A stretch of 63,809 nucleotides of DNA, filler included, from Thraustochytrium aureum (lineage: Eukaryota), in NCBI GenBank assembly GCA_012862495.1. It is 6 parts of 3 records of this genome, joined end to end, with 100 filler letters (N's around TTAATTAATTAA, not from the genome) between each part and the next. Parts side by side here need not be neighbours in the genome. Positions count along the whole stretch, not along the records: positions 20,283 to 43,668 come from BLSG01000233.1; 5 more parts are not named here. One strand, 5' to 3'. Below the pieces are notes generated by a model. The model did not search any database. It was not told where the DNA came from and was given only the letters and a program-made list of their open reading frames with translations. Below are positions 21,479-33,534 of this stretch, piece after piece; the stretch's first letter is position 1, and the number at the start of each line of letters is the position of its first letter. Both the position numbers and the translations under genes were made by a program.

Positions 21479-23672
21479 TCAAGAAAGCTCCGAGCGGCCA
21501 AATCCAAACGCGCGTACCTTGCCTTGCTTGGTCCCATACACGAGACCACAGCCAGGAACGGGATGAAACATGGCAATGTTGACCTCGTCCGCATCCGACT
21601 CGATAATGCGAAGGAGCTCAATCTTTTGGCCTGGGCTCGCAGTGAGAAACACCGCGGCGACGCGACGGCCCTCAGATATTGAACCCTCGCCGTGCGTTGG
21701 GTAGAGCTGCGTCCGCGCTGCCAGCTCGCGCATGCCATAGCCGATGACGATGAGCTCCCCAGACGGACTAAACTTGACAGAAGTGATCCCTCGGGCCAAG
21801 GCGCCGTGGAGAGTCGTCTGCTTTTGTACAACCCCGAGCGTTCTGTCCTCGAGGCTAACAACCACAAGTTTTGGCGCCCCGAGCTCCGGCCGAGCGCCAG
21901 AGCCTCCCTCAACGAGCGGTTGCATGCGGGTCGGCGAGACTGTTGCTTGAGCTGGCTCGGCGCTTTGAGCTGGCAGCGAGCGTTCCGCGCGAATGGCGCT
22001 GCTCTCCGAGACCTGGGAGGATCTCGCTTCCGGAGCGCCGCCAACGCCTTGAAGGCGAGCCACGATATCGCCCATGGATCGGATGCGATCCCGGCGCGAG
22101 CGACCTTGGAACCGACCCGCGCTGCCCGTTGCTTCGGCCACCTCCGAGCCAGGCCGCTCGCCGCTGCCGCTCTGCAGCATCCCGGCGTTCGCGACGCTGT
22201 CTGGGCGAGCGCGCGCTGCATTNNNNNNNNNNNNNNNNNNNNNNNNNNNNNNNNNNNNNNNNNNNNNNNNNNNNNNNNNNNNNNNNNNNNNNNNNNNNNN
22301 NNNNNNNNNNNNNNNNNNNNNNNNNNNNNNNNNNNNNNNNNNNNNNNNNNNNNNNNNNNNNNNNNNNNNNNNNNNNNNNNNNNNNNNNNNNNNNNNNNNN
22401 NNNNNNNNNNNNNNNNNNNNNNNNNNNNNNNNNNNNNNNNNNNNNNNNNNNNNNNNNNNCCTGCGCCTCTTCGGGGTTCGGGTGCGGCTCAGGAGGGACG
22501 TCAAACGAGATAGCGCAGAGGGACCTGCCACAGGGGGAAACAGCACAGCCCCCGTCGTTGTACAGCACGGCATGCGGTATGACAACGCGCGGCGAGTGGC
22601 GGAGGTCTTGGAGGATCGGAGGAGGGCCGAACTGCGGGTCTTGCGCGGCCAGAAACCACAGCGGGAGTTTGGCGGTCTCCAGCGACCAGGCCACGAGCTG
22701 CACCGTCACCTCATCCCTGTCGTTGTTGCGATGTACATAAGCCCGCGTAGACCCGGGGCTGGCCTCGGCTGTGAGCAGCATGTTGCCACAGGGCGTGAAG
22801 GAGACGCAGCGCACGTTCCGCCGCCGGACGAGGAACTCGACGGGGAAGCTGCTAGGCGATGCGTAGTCCCAAAAGTACAGCACCCGGCCAGAGGCGAGCG
22901 CGAGCCAATTGTGCCGCGGATGGAAGGCCAGAGAAACGATTTCCTTGCCGAGCTGCGCGAATCGCACCGCCCTGCCCGTGCGCAAGTCCCAAATCCGGGC
23001 CTGAAACCCAAGGCACCCTGAGGCAACAATGCTCGAGTCGGTGGGGTGAAATTTTACCGTCCATGGCGTGCGGGGGTGGCCATGGAGAACGCCGCGGAGC
23101 CGCTTGGTCTCAGTTTCAAATATCTTGACCGTGTGGTCGCCTCCGTGGGAAGAGGCGAATAGGCGGCCGTTGGGCGAGAAGGAGATCGATATGGTGCTGG
23201 TGCTGGTTTCCCCAGCATCGAAGGATGCCATGGTGCCCTGGCGCATGGTCGCTACCTCGGCCCACCGCCTGATTGGCGCGCCGCATTCGTACGCGAGGGT
23301 CGTGGAGTGGTCGAGTGGCACCATCTCCCTTGCACGGAGAAGCGAGGCGACATTGTGCAGCGTCGCGTTTGCTGCGGGGCCGCGCAGTGCGTTTCGGCTC
23401 AGAGACGCTCGGCGAGCGGCGGGCCAGTTTGCAAAGGACCGTTGTGGTGGTTTTGTACATTTGGTGATCTGGCCGCCCGCTGCCACGGCGGACTCCCCAC
23501 CCTCGGTGTTTTCGAGCTGGAACCCAAACAAGGCGAGAGCGCCGGCCCCAATCTTGCCCGGGCCCGCATCGGGCGACGCGCACGAGCAGGGTATCGCGTG
23601 CTCTGCTAATGCGCAACTCGAGCACATGGGGACCCGGTGCAAAGCCGAGGTTGGCGACCGAGGCCGCTTCAT
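21479..23672 (-). CDS. AMBRA1: AMBRA1-like split WD40 protein (internal gap)
   Basis: GHPRTPWTVKFHP...ASGCLG, LYNDGGCAVSPCG, ITSVKFSPSG and EVNIAMFHPVPGCGLVYGTKQG match the AMBRA1 N- and C-terminal WD40 halves. The start codon is an estimate. Confidence 0.85.
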
Positions 23673-24285
23673 TTGAGCGACGGCGATCACGCAGGATTTG
23701 AGTCTTCCCAGTTCGCGCGGTGCCGCAATCAAACGCTGGAAGTCGCGCCGCCACCTCTCGATCGAGACCCGTGCTCGAGAACGCCTTTCAAGAACGGTTT
23801 CGTTCGCCGACCAAGCTCGGTCGACACCTGGGCTCGATTCGATCGTCAAAGCGCCACCCTCTCTCTCCTCACACGCCGCTCCGCGCAGACGCGAGCCCAG
23901 AAGACGGAAGCCAAGTCCTCGAGTGTGCGGCTCTCTGCGTTCCCTGCCTCGCAGCTGCCAGCAGGGCGACAGCCGCTGCTTCAGGACGTTGCCGGTCTGC
24001 CCGCGCACTGCGCAGGCCCCGAAAAGATAGCATCGCAACTCTCGGCAAAAAATAACTCTGGGATGTTGTCGGGCGGGATCTTGGGTTTTCTGACGAACAA
24101 CCGCCCGTGGCAGAACTTTATGGGCAATCTACTCTGGCCTCGCGCGCCTCGGTGCTGGCTGAGTGGTCTTGTCCGTGTGCTTGTGCGTGGCAGGCGCTTC
24201 GAGGGTCCGTACGAGTCTCGGCAGTTGTTTTTGTTAGTCAAAGTAGGTGAAATCGGGCTCTCTGCGGCCCGCGGATCCGGCACAG

Positions 24286-27200
24286 CTACAGTTCGAGCTC
24301 CGAGATAGACGGCAAATCTCGCTTCGCTTGCCGCTCCGAGTCGCTGACGAGGATCTGGTGAAAGGCCTCGGCGACCACGGCCTTGCGAAGCACCTGCGGC
24401 GCAATGCTTCCGCTCACGACGGTGGCTTGCTTGAGCTCCAGAATCTTGGCGCGGCGCTGGTTGCTCAGCATGGTCTGCTGGCGGAGCACACGCTTGCGCA
24501 CGAGCGATGTGCCAAGGAAGCCGTGCACGTCGATCTCGAGCTTCTCGCGCAAGTCGTTCTCGATGACAGCTTGGCTCTCGTCGCTGGAGCCGGACCCGGC
24601 GGTCCGCCCGCTCCCGGCCCCACGCTCGCCTGCCTCCTCGCGGCGGTTTTGCTCCTTGACGATGAGCTCGATCTCAGAAGAAACGGAGTGCAGCGTCTGC
24701 ACGCTGTGGTTGTTCATCGTCTGCATGGCTCGCTTGAGGCCAAGACCGGCAGCACCGTTGTTGGAGGCGCTACTGAGCTGCGAGAAGCGGCGCGACGCTC
24801 GGGAGAGCGAGTCGCGGCCGGCGGCAATCCGCTTGAGAAGCTTTACATCGACAATGAGGTCGGCCGTACTCGGGACCAGTGGAGGGCGGACCTTGCGCCG
24901 CGCCAGGGCGTCCCAGTCTAACGCGGGGAGATTTGCCGCGGCATGGGCCCCGAAGAGCGGGTGCTCGAGCGCCACACGAGGGCCCTTGAGAGTCCCTCCA
25001 ATGCGGAAGAATGCGCTTGGGTTGAGCAAGGCCGCAACCATGGTTGCCAAGTGATGCCACGTGCGCGAACCACCTTCGACCCGAGCTACGGCGTCCTCGC
25101 CGAGAGCTTGCAGAGCGACGTCGTTTCGCCGCGCCACGCTGTCTTGCGGCCGCTCGCAGCCCACGACGCGATGGCGCTCGCCGAAAGCCAGAATCGCGGA
25201 GAGGACCTGGTCAAAGCGGCTGTCCGAGCCCGCCTCGAATGGCGTAACGCCCGTGGCCATGCGAAACAGCACGCAGCCGAACGCCCACCAGTCCACGGCG
25301 ATGCCATATCCACTCGACTTGCCGCTGGCCAGGGCCGCGAGCTCGGGCGCCATGTAGCGCGGCGTACCGACAAAAGTGGACGTGCGCGAAGAGCGGTGCT
25401 GGAGCTGCTTGGAGATGCCAAAGTCGGCGATCTTGGCGAACCCGTGGTGGTCGATCATGATGTTGACGGTCTTGAGGTCGCGATGGCAAATGTTCTTTTC
25501 GTGCAAGTGCTTGAGCGCGGCGGTGACGCAGGCAGCGAAAAAGCGGCACTCGTCAAACTGCAGGCCGCCAAAGGGTCCCGCGCGGCCCTTGTCGCGCCTT
25601 CGCGCAAGAATGTAGTCGTCGAGGTTGCCCCCGAGAACGGGCTCCAGCGCGACGACCATGTTGCATGGCTTGTCCTCCCAGGCGCTCAGGAGGCGCGTTA
25701 CGAAAGGCGAGTCGACCTGCGACATGATGCTCTGCTCCGTGAGGGTAAAACGGCCCATGCCCATTCCGTTTGACTTGTTGACATTCGTGTTCTTGATCAC
25801 GCAGAGTTGCCGTGTGGGCTCGTGCAGGGCGAGGAGCACCGTGGTGGAGGCGGTTTGGTGCAGTTTGGATAGCACCTTGAGGTTGCTGCTCCTGATGGAG
25901 CGCACGATCGACTGGCGCCCAGCTCTGCGCGTGCCGTCCTCTGCCGGTCCAAACTCGAGCATGTCGTGAAGGAGCAGAAAGCTGGTGCTCATCGAAAACG
26001 ATTCGAGAAAGTCTCGCGCCGAACCGCGGCCGGGCTCCCAGGGGCCCGGGTTCCGTTTTTGATCGCGAAGGATCTTGCGACGGCTCTCAACGCGAGCGGG
26101 CCCGGAGAGGGGCTCGCCAGCGTCCCCGTACGTCCCTTCTGGAACACCATTAGCGCCATAATAGGCGTGGCGGACGCGGGCCAGGAGGCCCAGACCTTCA
26201 ACGAGCGCGACCGGGACGCGCGCACAAGCAGTCGTGCCCACGGCGGTGCAGGTTGTGCTTTGGGGCCGCGGCTCAAACTCGACGCACTCCTCCCCGAACG
26301 TTTCGCCTTCCACAAGCAAAACGAAGGGAGCGTCGCCCTCCAACAGTTCGTCGTCCACGTCCTCAAACTCGAGCGCCTCCGCAGTAAAGCACTCCTGGCT
26401 GAGCCCTCGACGCATCACGCCGCGGCCTGCCCTTGCTCGGGCTGTTGGGGCCTGTTCTGGAACGGAGGTTTCGCCGTAGGTGCCCTTCAGCTCCTCGCCG
26501 CCGTCCTCTTGCGGGTCTTCGGCTGGCCTCGACCCGTCCGCGGCGCCGTGGTGCGCCATTTTCGCCCCCAGCGCGGTGGCTGTGTCTCGCACAGTGTCGA
26601 GCAGCTTGACCAGCGTACGCAGCGTCTTTGGCGTCTCGGTGCGGTGCGCGCGGCCGCGCTGTCTCGTCGCCTTGGCGGCAGAGGGGAGCAGGACGCCCTC
26701 CATGTGCACCGCGCCGCTAAGAACGATGTATATAGCTGGGTCTGCCTCTTCGCCTCGGCGCAGGATGGTCTCGCCGTCGTCGAAGAAGACGATCTGCATC
26801 CGCTCGACGACCTCGGCCAGGGCTTCTGAGGATAGGCCTCCGAAGAGCGTGCAAGACTGGAGGAGCTCGAGGCAAATGTTTCTCCCCACCTCCAAGGCGA
26901 CCGGGCGGGGCAACTTGTCACCTTTCGCCTTGCGCGGGCTGATGTCTGCCCAGTCCAGGAAGAGGCACTCGACGTCGTCGTAGTTGGTTGCCACGACGTC
27001 CATGCCGGCCAGCAGAGAATCGCGGCCCGCGGCTTCGTCTCGCGCAAGCAGAAAGGTCGCTGCCCCAAAGCCGTCCCCTTGGCCAAACCAGGCGACCTGG
27101 TTCAGGTCCTCCCTGAGGGCCTTGTCGCGGCCGATCAAGTCGCGCTCTTCCTTGCTTCGGTATTCCATCTCAAACTCGCGCGGTCTCGAGTAGGCCACGG

Positions 27201-28056
27201 TGCCGCAGAGCACAATATACATGCCGTCCACCACGTCGCCGCGGCGCAAGATGGTCTGACCGGCCGCAAACGTTCGATGCTTTGCGCGGCTGCGAGCCAA
27301 CTGAGGTGCTCCTCCGGGAGCAGCCCGAGACAAGCGAAGCGCTGGAGCCAGTGGGCGCGGCTCTCGGCGCTCTCCAAGATCCGGTTGCGTTGACTAATCC
27401 GGAGCGAGACCTCCTGAAACTGGATTCTGTGCACAGCGAGGAGCATGCAATCTTTGCGGGCTTGGATCGTCCATGTGTGTGGAACGTTGAGCAGGACGCA
27501 GTGGCCCCCAATCAGGCGCCCTGGGCCGAGAAGTTTGGAGTTTTGGCGCGCGCCCGCGACAACGTTGAATAGCGACGCCCCCCCACGCCGGCCGTAGTCC
27601 TTGTCTTCCACGGCTTCTATTGCTTCACTCGCTCCCTCCGTCTCGCGCAGAGAGGCGGCTTTGGAGTTGGACGCTTTTGACGTGAGGTTTGAGCTTTGGC
27701 CAGTGCTGGCCGAGGCCCTGTCGTCTTCCTCTTCGTCGAATATGGTGCCGATCTCCGTGTCGTCGTTCTCGTCGTCGCCCTCAAACCTTGCAAACGGCTC
27801 GGAGTCTGCATCGAACGCGACGGTCACGAGCCGGCCCAAGACGGGCTCGAGGTCCTTGGCCGCCATGCGCGTGGCTTTGCCGCTGCGCTTGACAGCGCGG
27901 ACGGTGCCGCGCACAAGAACAAACATGATTTGCCCGACGTTGCCGCGCTCCGTGATGGTCTCGCCCTTCTTGACAAACACCGGGACAGCCTGTGCAAAGA
28001 GTCCTTCCAGCAGCTCCTCTTTGACGTTGTGGAACAACGAGGAGCTGTGCATTGCT
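24286..28056 (-). CDS. PKG/PKA-like AGC kinase with at least three degenerate cNMP-binding domains; frameshift near 27285; 5' end in or beyond gap
   Basis: cNMP cores KGETITERG..MFVLVRGTV, AGQTILRRG..MYIVLCGTV and DGETILRRG..IYIVLSGAV. Kinase motifs VIK, HRDLKTVN, DFG, TFVGTPRYMAPE, VDWWAFG and AGC tail DWDALARRKVRPP. Confidence 0.85.
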
Positions 28057-29133
28057 TNNNNNNNNNNNNNNNNNNNNNNNNNNNNNNNNNNNNNNNNNNN
28101 NNNNNNNNNNNNNNNNNNNNNNNNNNNNNNNNNNNNNNNNNNNNNNNNNNNNNNNNNNNNNNNNNNNNNNNNNNNNNNNNNNNNNNNNNNNNNNNNNNNN
28201 NNNNNNNNNNNNNNNNNNNNNNNNNNNNNNNNNNNNNNNNNNNNNNNNNNNNNNNNNNNNNNNNNNNNNNNNNNNNNNNNNNNNNNNNNNNNNNNNNNNN
28301 NNNNNNNNNNNNNNNNNNNNNNNNNNNNNNNNNNNNNNNNNNNNNNNNNNNNNNNNNNNNNNNNNNNNNNNNNNNNNNNNNNNNNNNNNNNNNNNNNNNN
28401 NNNNNNNNNNNNNNNNNNNNNNNNNNNNNNNNNNNNNNNNNNNNNNNNNNNNNNNNNNNNNNNNNNNNNNNNNNNNNNNNNCGGCTGCTTCGTTTTCCTC
28501 CTTTCCTCAGCCTTTTTCCTCGTTTTTCCGCTTCCCAAGTTTCGAGTTGAGCGATTTTTTGACCATTTTTCCTCGCGGTTTTTCAAGAGCCTCTTGGTTT
28601 TTGTTCTTATGTTCCTCGCTGCTTTGCCTCCCGAGTCGGCGGCCTTGCGTTTTTCCAAGCTCTTCGAGCCTTCTTTGGTGGCACAGGCGCGCGCGCGGTT
28701 GATCCCGGCTCAGACTCGTCGAGGCGGTGTGCCAGCTGCTCTCTCCAGAATCTACTTACCTACTACCTGCTCCCGGCGTACACCGCCGCCTGAATTGTAG
28801 AGTACCTCACTACTTACGGTTTCGATGCTTTTGTGGCAGGCGCACCTTGGGCACGAGGAGGAACGGCGCACACGTGTGTGGTCTTGTGTTCCGGACTCGA
28901 GGCGGGTTTTGTGCTCGTCGACATCGGCATCATGCATGGCGAGCGGCTCGGACGAGGCCACAAACTTGTGGCCGGCAGCTTCAGGTAGCAACTGCAGGCC
29001 AAGCTCGGCGGCGGCGGCGGCGCTGCCCTTGTTGACGGAGCCACGGCGAGTTGAATTTGATTTCTCTTGATTGAAAGATTGATTGATTGATTGATTTGCT
29101 TGCGCACAAGTGCTCTGCTGCGAACGTTTCGCG

Positions 29134-30585
29134 CTAATGCGCATGGCCCTCGTTCTCGCAATGAATGTGCACCAGCTGGAGCAAACCAATCACGATAGTG
29201 CCAACAATAGCGAGGCAGAAGCGAAAGGCCTTGCGGCGCGGCGAGTCGATGTCGACCAGCACTGGGACGAGCTCCGCAAGCGCAATGTAGACCAAAAACC
29301 CAGACCCATACGCGAGGAGGAGAGCGCGGCCGGACATCGTCAGGTTCTCGCCGAGCGCGAGCACAAGAATGCAGCCCATGATCGCAGAGAGCGAGCTGAT
29401 AAAGTTCCAGAACAGCGCCATCTTGTACGAGAGCCCGGCGCGCATCAGAATCAGAAAGTCAACGAGCTCCTGCGGCAGCTCGTGCGCGGCAATGGCACCA
29501 GTCACAATCCAGCCTAGGTTGGACTCTGCGCACAGTGAAAACGAAATGCCGATGAGAAACCCGTCCGTCAGGTTGTGGAACATGTCTCCAATAACGACGT
29601 TGATGACGAGGGAGTAGTCTGCTTCAAGCAGCGCTCCAACGAGGCGCCCATGGCGCCCTGGAACTACCTCGTCGACTGAAGTCTGCGATCCATCTTTCAT
29701 GATGTCCTTAATGTCATGGGCGTCGTGGTGGTGGGCGCCGTGGCCAAACACGTTCGAGCCAAGCTCGATGGCGAACGCCGTGAACAGGCCGCCAAGGAAA
29801 CACGCGCCGAATTCCCACGAGTAGCCCTTGCTCGCGTATGCAATGCCTTCCGGAAGCATGTGGATGAAAACCGTGGCGAGGAGGATGCCAATCGCAAACG
29901 CAACCGTGTCGTTGAGAACGTTTGCATTCAGGCGCTTTGAGCAGATCAGGATGACAAATACACCGAACAGCGAGCACAAGGAAATGAGCACCGCCGCACC
30001 GATCGCCTTCAGCCATGTTGCGGTGCTAAAGTCGCCCTTGATCTCGTCTGCCTCGTCCACTTCCTTGCACTCTAGCGCTTTGGTGCCTGCCATTATGACG
30101 GGAGGGGCCTCCTCACCGCCCTCGTCGTGGTCGTGGTCGTGGTCGTCGCCAGCAAGAAGGCGCCGATGGTCGTGGTCGTGGTCATGGTCGCCTGCACCTT
30201 CGACGCTGCATTCGTAGCTGTGCCCGTCGACCTCGACGCGGAGGGAGGCGGCCGTGACCAAGCTAGTCACACATGGGTAGAGGTTGGCCACAACGCGGCC
30301 AACCGTCTCATCGTCTTGAGTGCGCTCTCCTTCGGCAACGCCAGACGCGTTGAGAACAGCGTGCCCCGACGGGCAGGCGCCCGCCACCCCTCCAGTAAGC
30401 GAGTTGATCATTGCTTGGACCTCCGTTTCATCTAGACCGCCGTCCTTGTTCGCGTCCCACAATTCTATGGCGAGCTCGGAGCCAGTTTCCTCGAGGACGT
30501 GTTCTTCGCTCGCGGCTTGCGTTGGTCCGGCGAAGAGCAGCACTGCGCAGGCTGCTGCGACCCCTTTGCAGAAAGAGCCTTTCAT
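29134..30585 (-). CDS. ZIP (SLC39, LIV-1-like) metal transporter with signal peptide, EF-hand-like motif and His-Asp repeats
   Basis: IHMLPEG, GDMFHNLTDG, AHELPQE and GFLVYIALAEL. N-terminus MKGSFCKGVAAACAVLLFA, WDANKDGGLDETE and two (HD)n tracts. Confidence 0.9.
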   Translation of the reverse strand: MKGSFCKGVAAACAVLLFAGPTQAASEEHVLEETGSELAIELWDANKDGGLDETEVQAMINSLTGGVAGACPSGHAVLNASGVAEGERTQDDETVGRVVANLYPCVTSLVTAASLRVEVDGHSYECSVEGAGDHDHDHDHRRLLAGDDHDHDHDEGGEEAPPVIMAGTKALECKEVDEADEIKGDFSTATWLKAIGAAVLISLCSLFGVFVILICSKRLNANVLNDTVAFAIGILLATVFIHMLPEGIAYASKGYSWEFGACFLGGLFTAFAIELGSNVFGHGAHHHDAHDIKDIMKDGSQTSVDEVVPGRHGRLVGALLEADYSLVINVVIGDMFHNLTDGFLIGISFSLCAESNLGWIVTGAIAAHELPQELVDFLILMRAGLSYKMALFWNFISSLSAIMGCILVLALGENLTMSGRALLLAYGSGFLVYIALAELVPVLVDIDSPRRKAFRFCLAIVGTIVIGLLQLVHIHCENEGHAH

Positions 30586-31966
30586 CGTGCGAGGAGTGCC
30601 CCTGGCGCGAGTTTTTCGACTTTGTTCAGGTTGTCCAGCGTTTACGGTGGCTGCTGCTGCTGCTGTTGCTTGCTCGTGGCGCTGGTTTCTTGATTGGTGT
30701 CTGCCGATGCCCAGCAGCAAGCGCGGCACCGAATCGCAAGGTAACTGGCGACCTGCACCGTATTTCGCTGCTTTGCACGAACACAAAACCACACTGTGAG
30801 TCTGAGCGGTGTCGCATGGGATCCAGGATACGAAAGCGGCACGAAAGTGAAATAATTCCCTTGTGCATCATCGACACTGGCTGCGAGGGTGGCTGCCCCG
30901 CCCATCAAACCACCACTGGCGACAAGGCCGGCCACTCCCTTGAAGAGTCCAAATGCGCGTGTCAGGCATTCTGTTCTGCTTCGACGCGTTCCGGGGTGGA
31001 TCCGTCACGGGATTTCGTTGCTCGAGGAAGTAGAGTAAGTACGTGGAATCCCAGATCTCTCCTTGGCCAGCGAGAGCTGCAGAAATTCAGCCGGCTGTCA
31101 CGGCTGGCTGTGCTGGCGCGGCTTGGCTGCACTTGGGAACGACGAGTTCTCAGGCTGGTTGCCTGTCGTGTTTGCCAAATGCTCTGACTTGCTTGAGGAG
31201 TAGTCCGTCAAGGCTGGCGCGGGATCCATCGGACACTCGAGTACCCTTCTGAGTGCCTGCTTGGACGCCACACGCACGAGCTTCAAGTGCGGGGTCCCAG
31301 CAACACGCGCACGGCCAAGAGGATCAGAACTCCCCAAACAGAATCCGGACTCGTAGAACAGATAGGGTTCGCATGGTGGTGCCACACCTTCGATCTCACG
31401 ACAGCTTGCCTCGAGGCTGCGTGCACGGGCCACTGGCCAATCATTCACTGTCGGAAACGCGACACAAATGCCGTGGAGGGTTTGATGATGCTGCCCAATC
31501 GGGCTGCGCCAGCCGCGACCTTCGTTTCACCAAGCAAGCCGAGGAAGGACTTGTTGCCCTGTTCCCTTCACGGTCGCAGAGGTTGCGTGGGCTCTGGCCA
31601 GACAAGTCGTGTGACGGGCCGCGGGGGCGCCGCGTCACCTCGAAGCAGAGCGGGGGAGGGTGCACTGGCAGTCGCATTTCACCAGGGTCCCGAAATTCAC
31701 AAGACCCTGCTCTGGCTAGAGCGCGACCCAACCACTGAGGATTCATCCTCCTTGCCAGCAACGCAATGACTCGTGCTGCCTTGAACCAAGGACCTGCTTG
31801 ACAAACCTCCTGCTACCGACGCGACGCGTATTTGGTGTTCGGGATTCGTTCTGTTGTAGCAGGCAGGCACTGCAACGAACAAGAGCTCGAGGCCTCGTCA
31901 GTGTCGAAACGAATTGCGGTGGCGCGCGGGGTCTTGCTGCGCAGCCGTGGTGCGGCTCTGGGGGGG

Positions 31967-33208
31967 ATGGAGGAGTGCAAGGTGGATGATGACTGCCCTG
32001 GGGCGCTCGTTTGTTTTGACGGCGTGTCGTGGGCGCCGCCAAACGTGACCTCATTCTGTTCGTGCATGACTCTTTACGGTTGGGCTGGCGAGAGCTGCAC
32101 AGAGTTCGGGCCAACCTCAATCTGGATCATTGCCAACATGAGCGTGCAGTCGGTCGCTGCCGTGCTGCTGTTTGCCTTAAGCGCGACCGACTTGGTGCGG
32201 ATCCTACTCCTGACTTGGCGCAAGTTTACTTTGTCAGCGACAGTTGTGACACAATTCTGGATCACCCTCGCGCTCCTGTTCTCGGTCGCTTTTCGCGCCG
32301 TATACCTGGCTGGCGTATTGATGCCAGGACGCACTGGAGCAAGCCTCTCCACTGACGAGCAGCGCAAGAGCAGAGCCTACGAAACACCGGAACGGATCCT
32401 GGTCGTCCTCGTGCAGGCGTCAACCGTGATCGCGAGCAGCAGTGTCAGTGTCCTGTGGGTTGAGCTTGCTGGAGCGGTTCGTGCTATGCGGACTATGGCC
32501 CTCAACGGAATCACAGGGTATCGGCGGATGGTCTTCGTTTTCAACGTACTTTTGCTCCTCGTCATGACTGCCGTTGCCGTTGCCGGCAAGTGGGAGCTGT
32601 ACGTTTTGGTGACCTTCCCGTTTCTCTTATTTCTCATCGGAACATTCATGGTCGGGCGGCTGCGTCTGACAGAGCTGCTCGAGCACAGTTCGATGGCGGA
32701 CAAGGCGCTCAAAACGATCAATTCCATCCAGCGATGTAGCGCGCAGGTGATGTTCTCCCTCGTGTTCCTGATTTTCATGGGCGTTGGAAACTTTGTCTTT
32801 CGCTCGACGCTGGTCAGTCCTGCGGGATGGAAAGAGTGGGCTCCGCTTGACGGATGGTCTATCCCGACTCTATTCAGCGATCTCATCAACGCAGGCCAGC
32901 TGGGAGTGGTGGCCTCAATCGCGTTCTACACACACCGCAACGCCAACAAGATGTTTCGGCTCAAGGGCTCCAACAACTCCTCTTCGCAAAACACCGACCG
33001 GACCTCGTTCCGACGGCAAGGGGCTGGCAAAGGACACAGTCTGCTTGAGACCCGCTCCGGCGGGTCGACCGAGCCTGCCTCCTCGGCACCAATCTCATTT
33101 GAGTCGTTCTTCAGCGAGTCAACAACTTCGGCTTTCGTCGAGGCCGTGTCTGGGGTGCGCGGCCGGACTCGTTCCGACGGGGAAATCTCCGATGACGAGA
33201 TGGTTTGA
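31967..33208 (+). CDS. GPCR-like 7TM protein with N-terminal EGF-like Cys domain
   Basis: ECKVDDDC...CSCMTLYGWAGESC, then seven hydrophobic segments (by eye) and a Ser/Thr-rich cytosolic tail. Confidence 0.7.
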   Translation: MEECKVDDDCPGALVCFDGVSWAPPNVTSFCSCMTLYGWAGESCTEFGPTSIWIIANMSVQSVAAVLLFALSATDLVRILLLTWRKFTLSATVVTQFWITLALLFSVAFRAVYLAGVLMPGRTGASLSTDEQRKSRAYETPERILVVLVQASTVIASSSVSVLWVELAGAVRAMRTMALNGITGYRRMVFVFNVLLLLVMTAVAVAGKWELYVLVTFPFLLFLIGTFMVGRLRLTELLEHSSMADKALKTINSIQRCSAQVMFSLVFLIFMGVGNFVFRSTLVSPAGWKEWAPLDGWSIPTLFSDLINAGQLGVVASIAFYTHRNANKMFRLKGSNNSSSQNTDRTSFRRQGAGKGHSLLETRSGGSTEPASSAPISFESFFSESTTSAFVEAVSGVRGRTRSDGEISDDEMV

Positions 33209-33534
33209 TGACAGTTCTCTATCGCTGTTGAATGTCTACTCCGTTGTGCTGTCTGACTCCGTAGTACCGGTACCCTACTCTCCTCAAAAAAAAGTGGAGT
33301 ACATCCGTGACCATTGACTCTTCTCACTCTACTTGCGGGATGCGCAACGCCTACCAGACAGTCCTGTCTCTCTCGCTCTAGCTGCTAGAGTGGTGCTGTT
33401 CTGTGGACCTTCTAGGACCCCCGATGAGCGCAAGCATGGCCTGTAGCTCCCTTGTCGTCCACGGGACCGCCCGCCCGCCCGCTTCTGCAAGCGCATCCGC
33501 AGCGCGATTGACACAGGTGAAGTTGCTTCCTTAG

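Noticed and set aside
28482..29035. Lys/Arg-rich frame as the kinase N-terminus
   Set aside because: Plausible, but separated by a gap and lacking a clear start, so not called.
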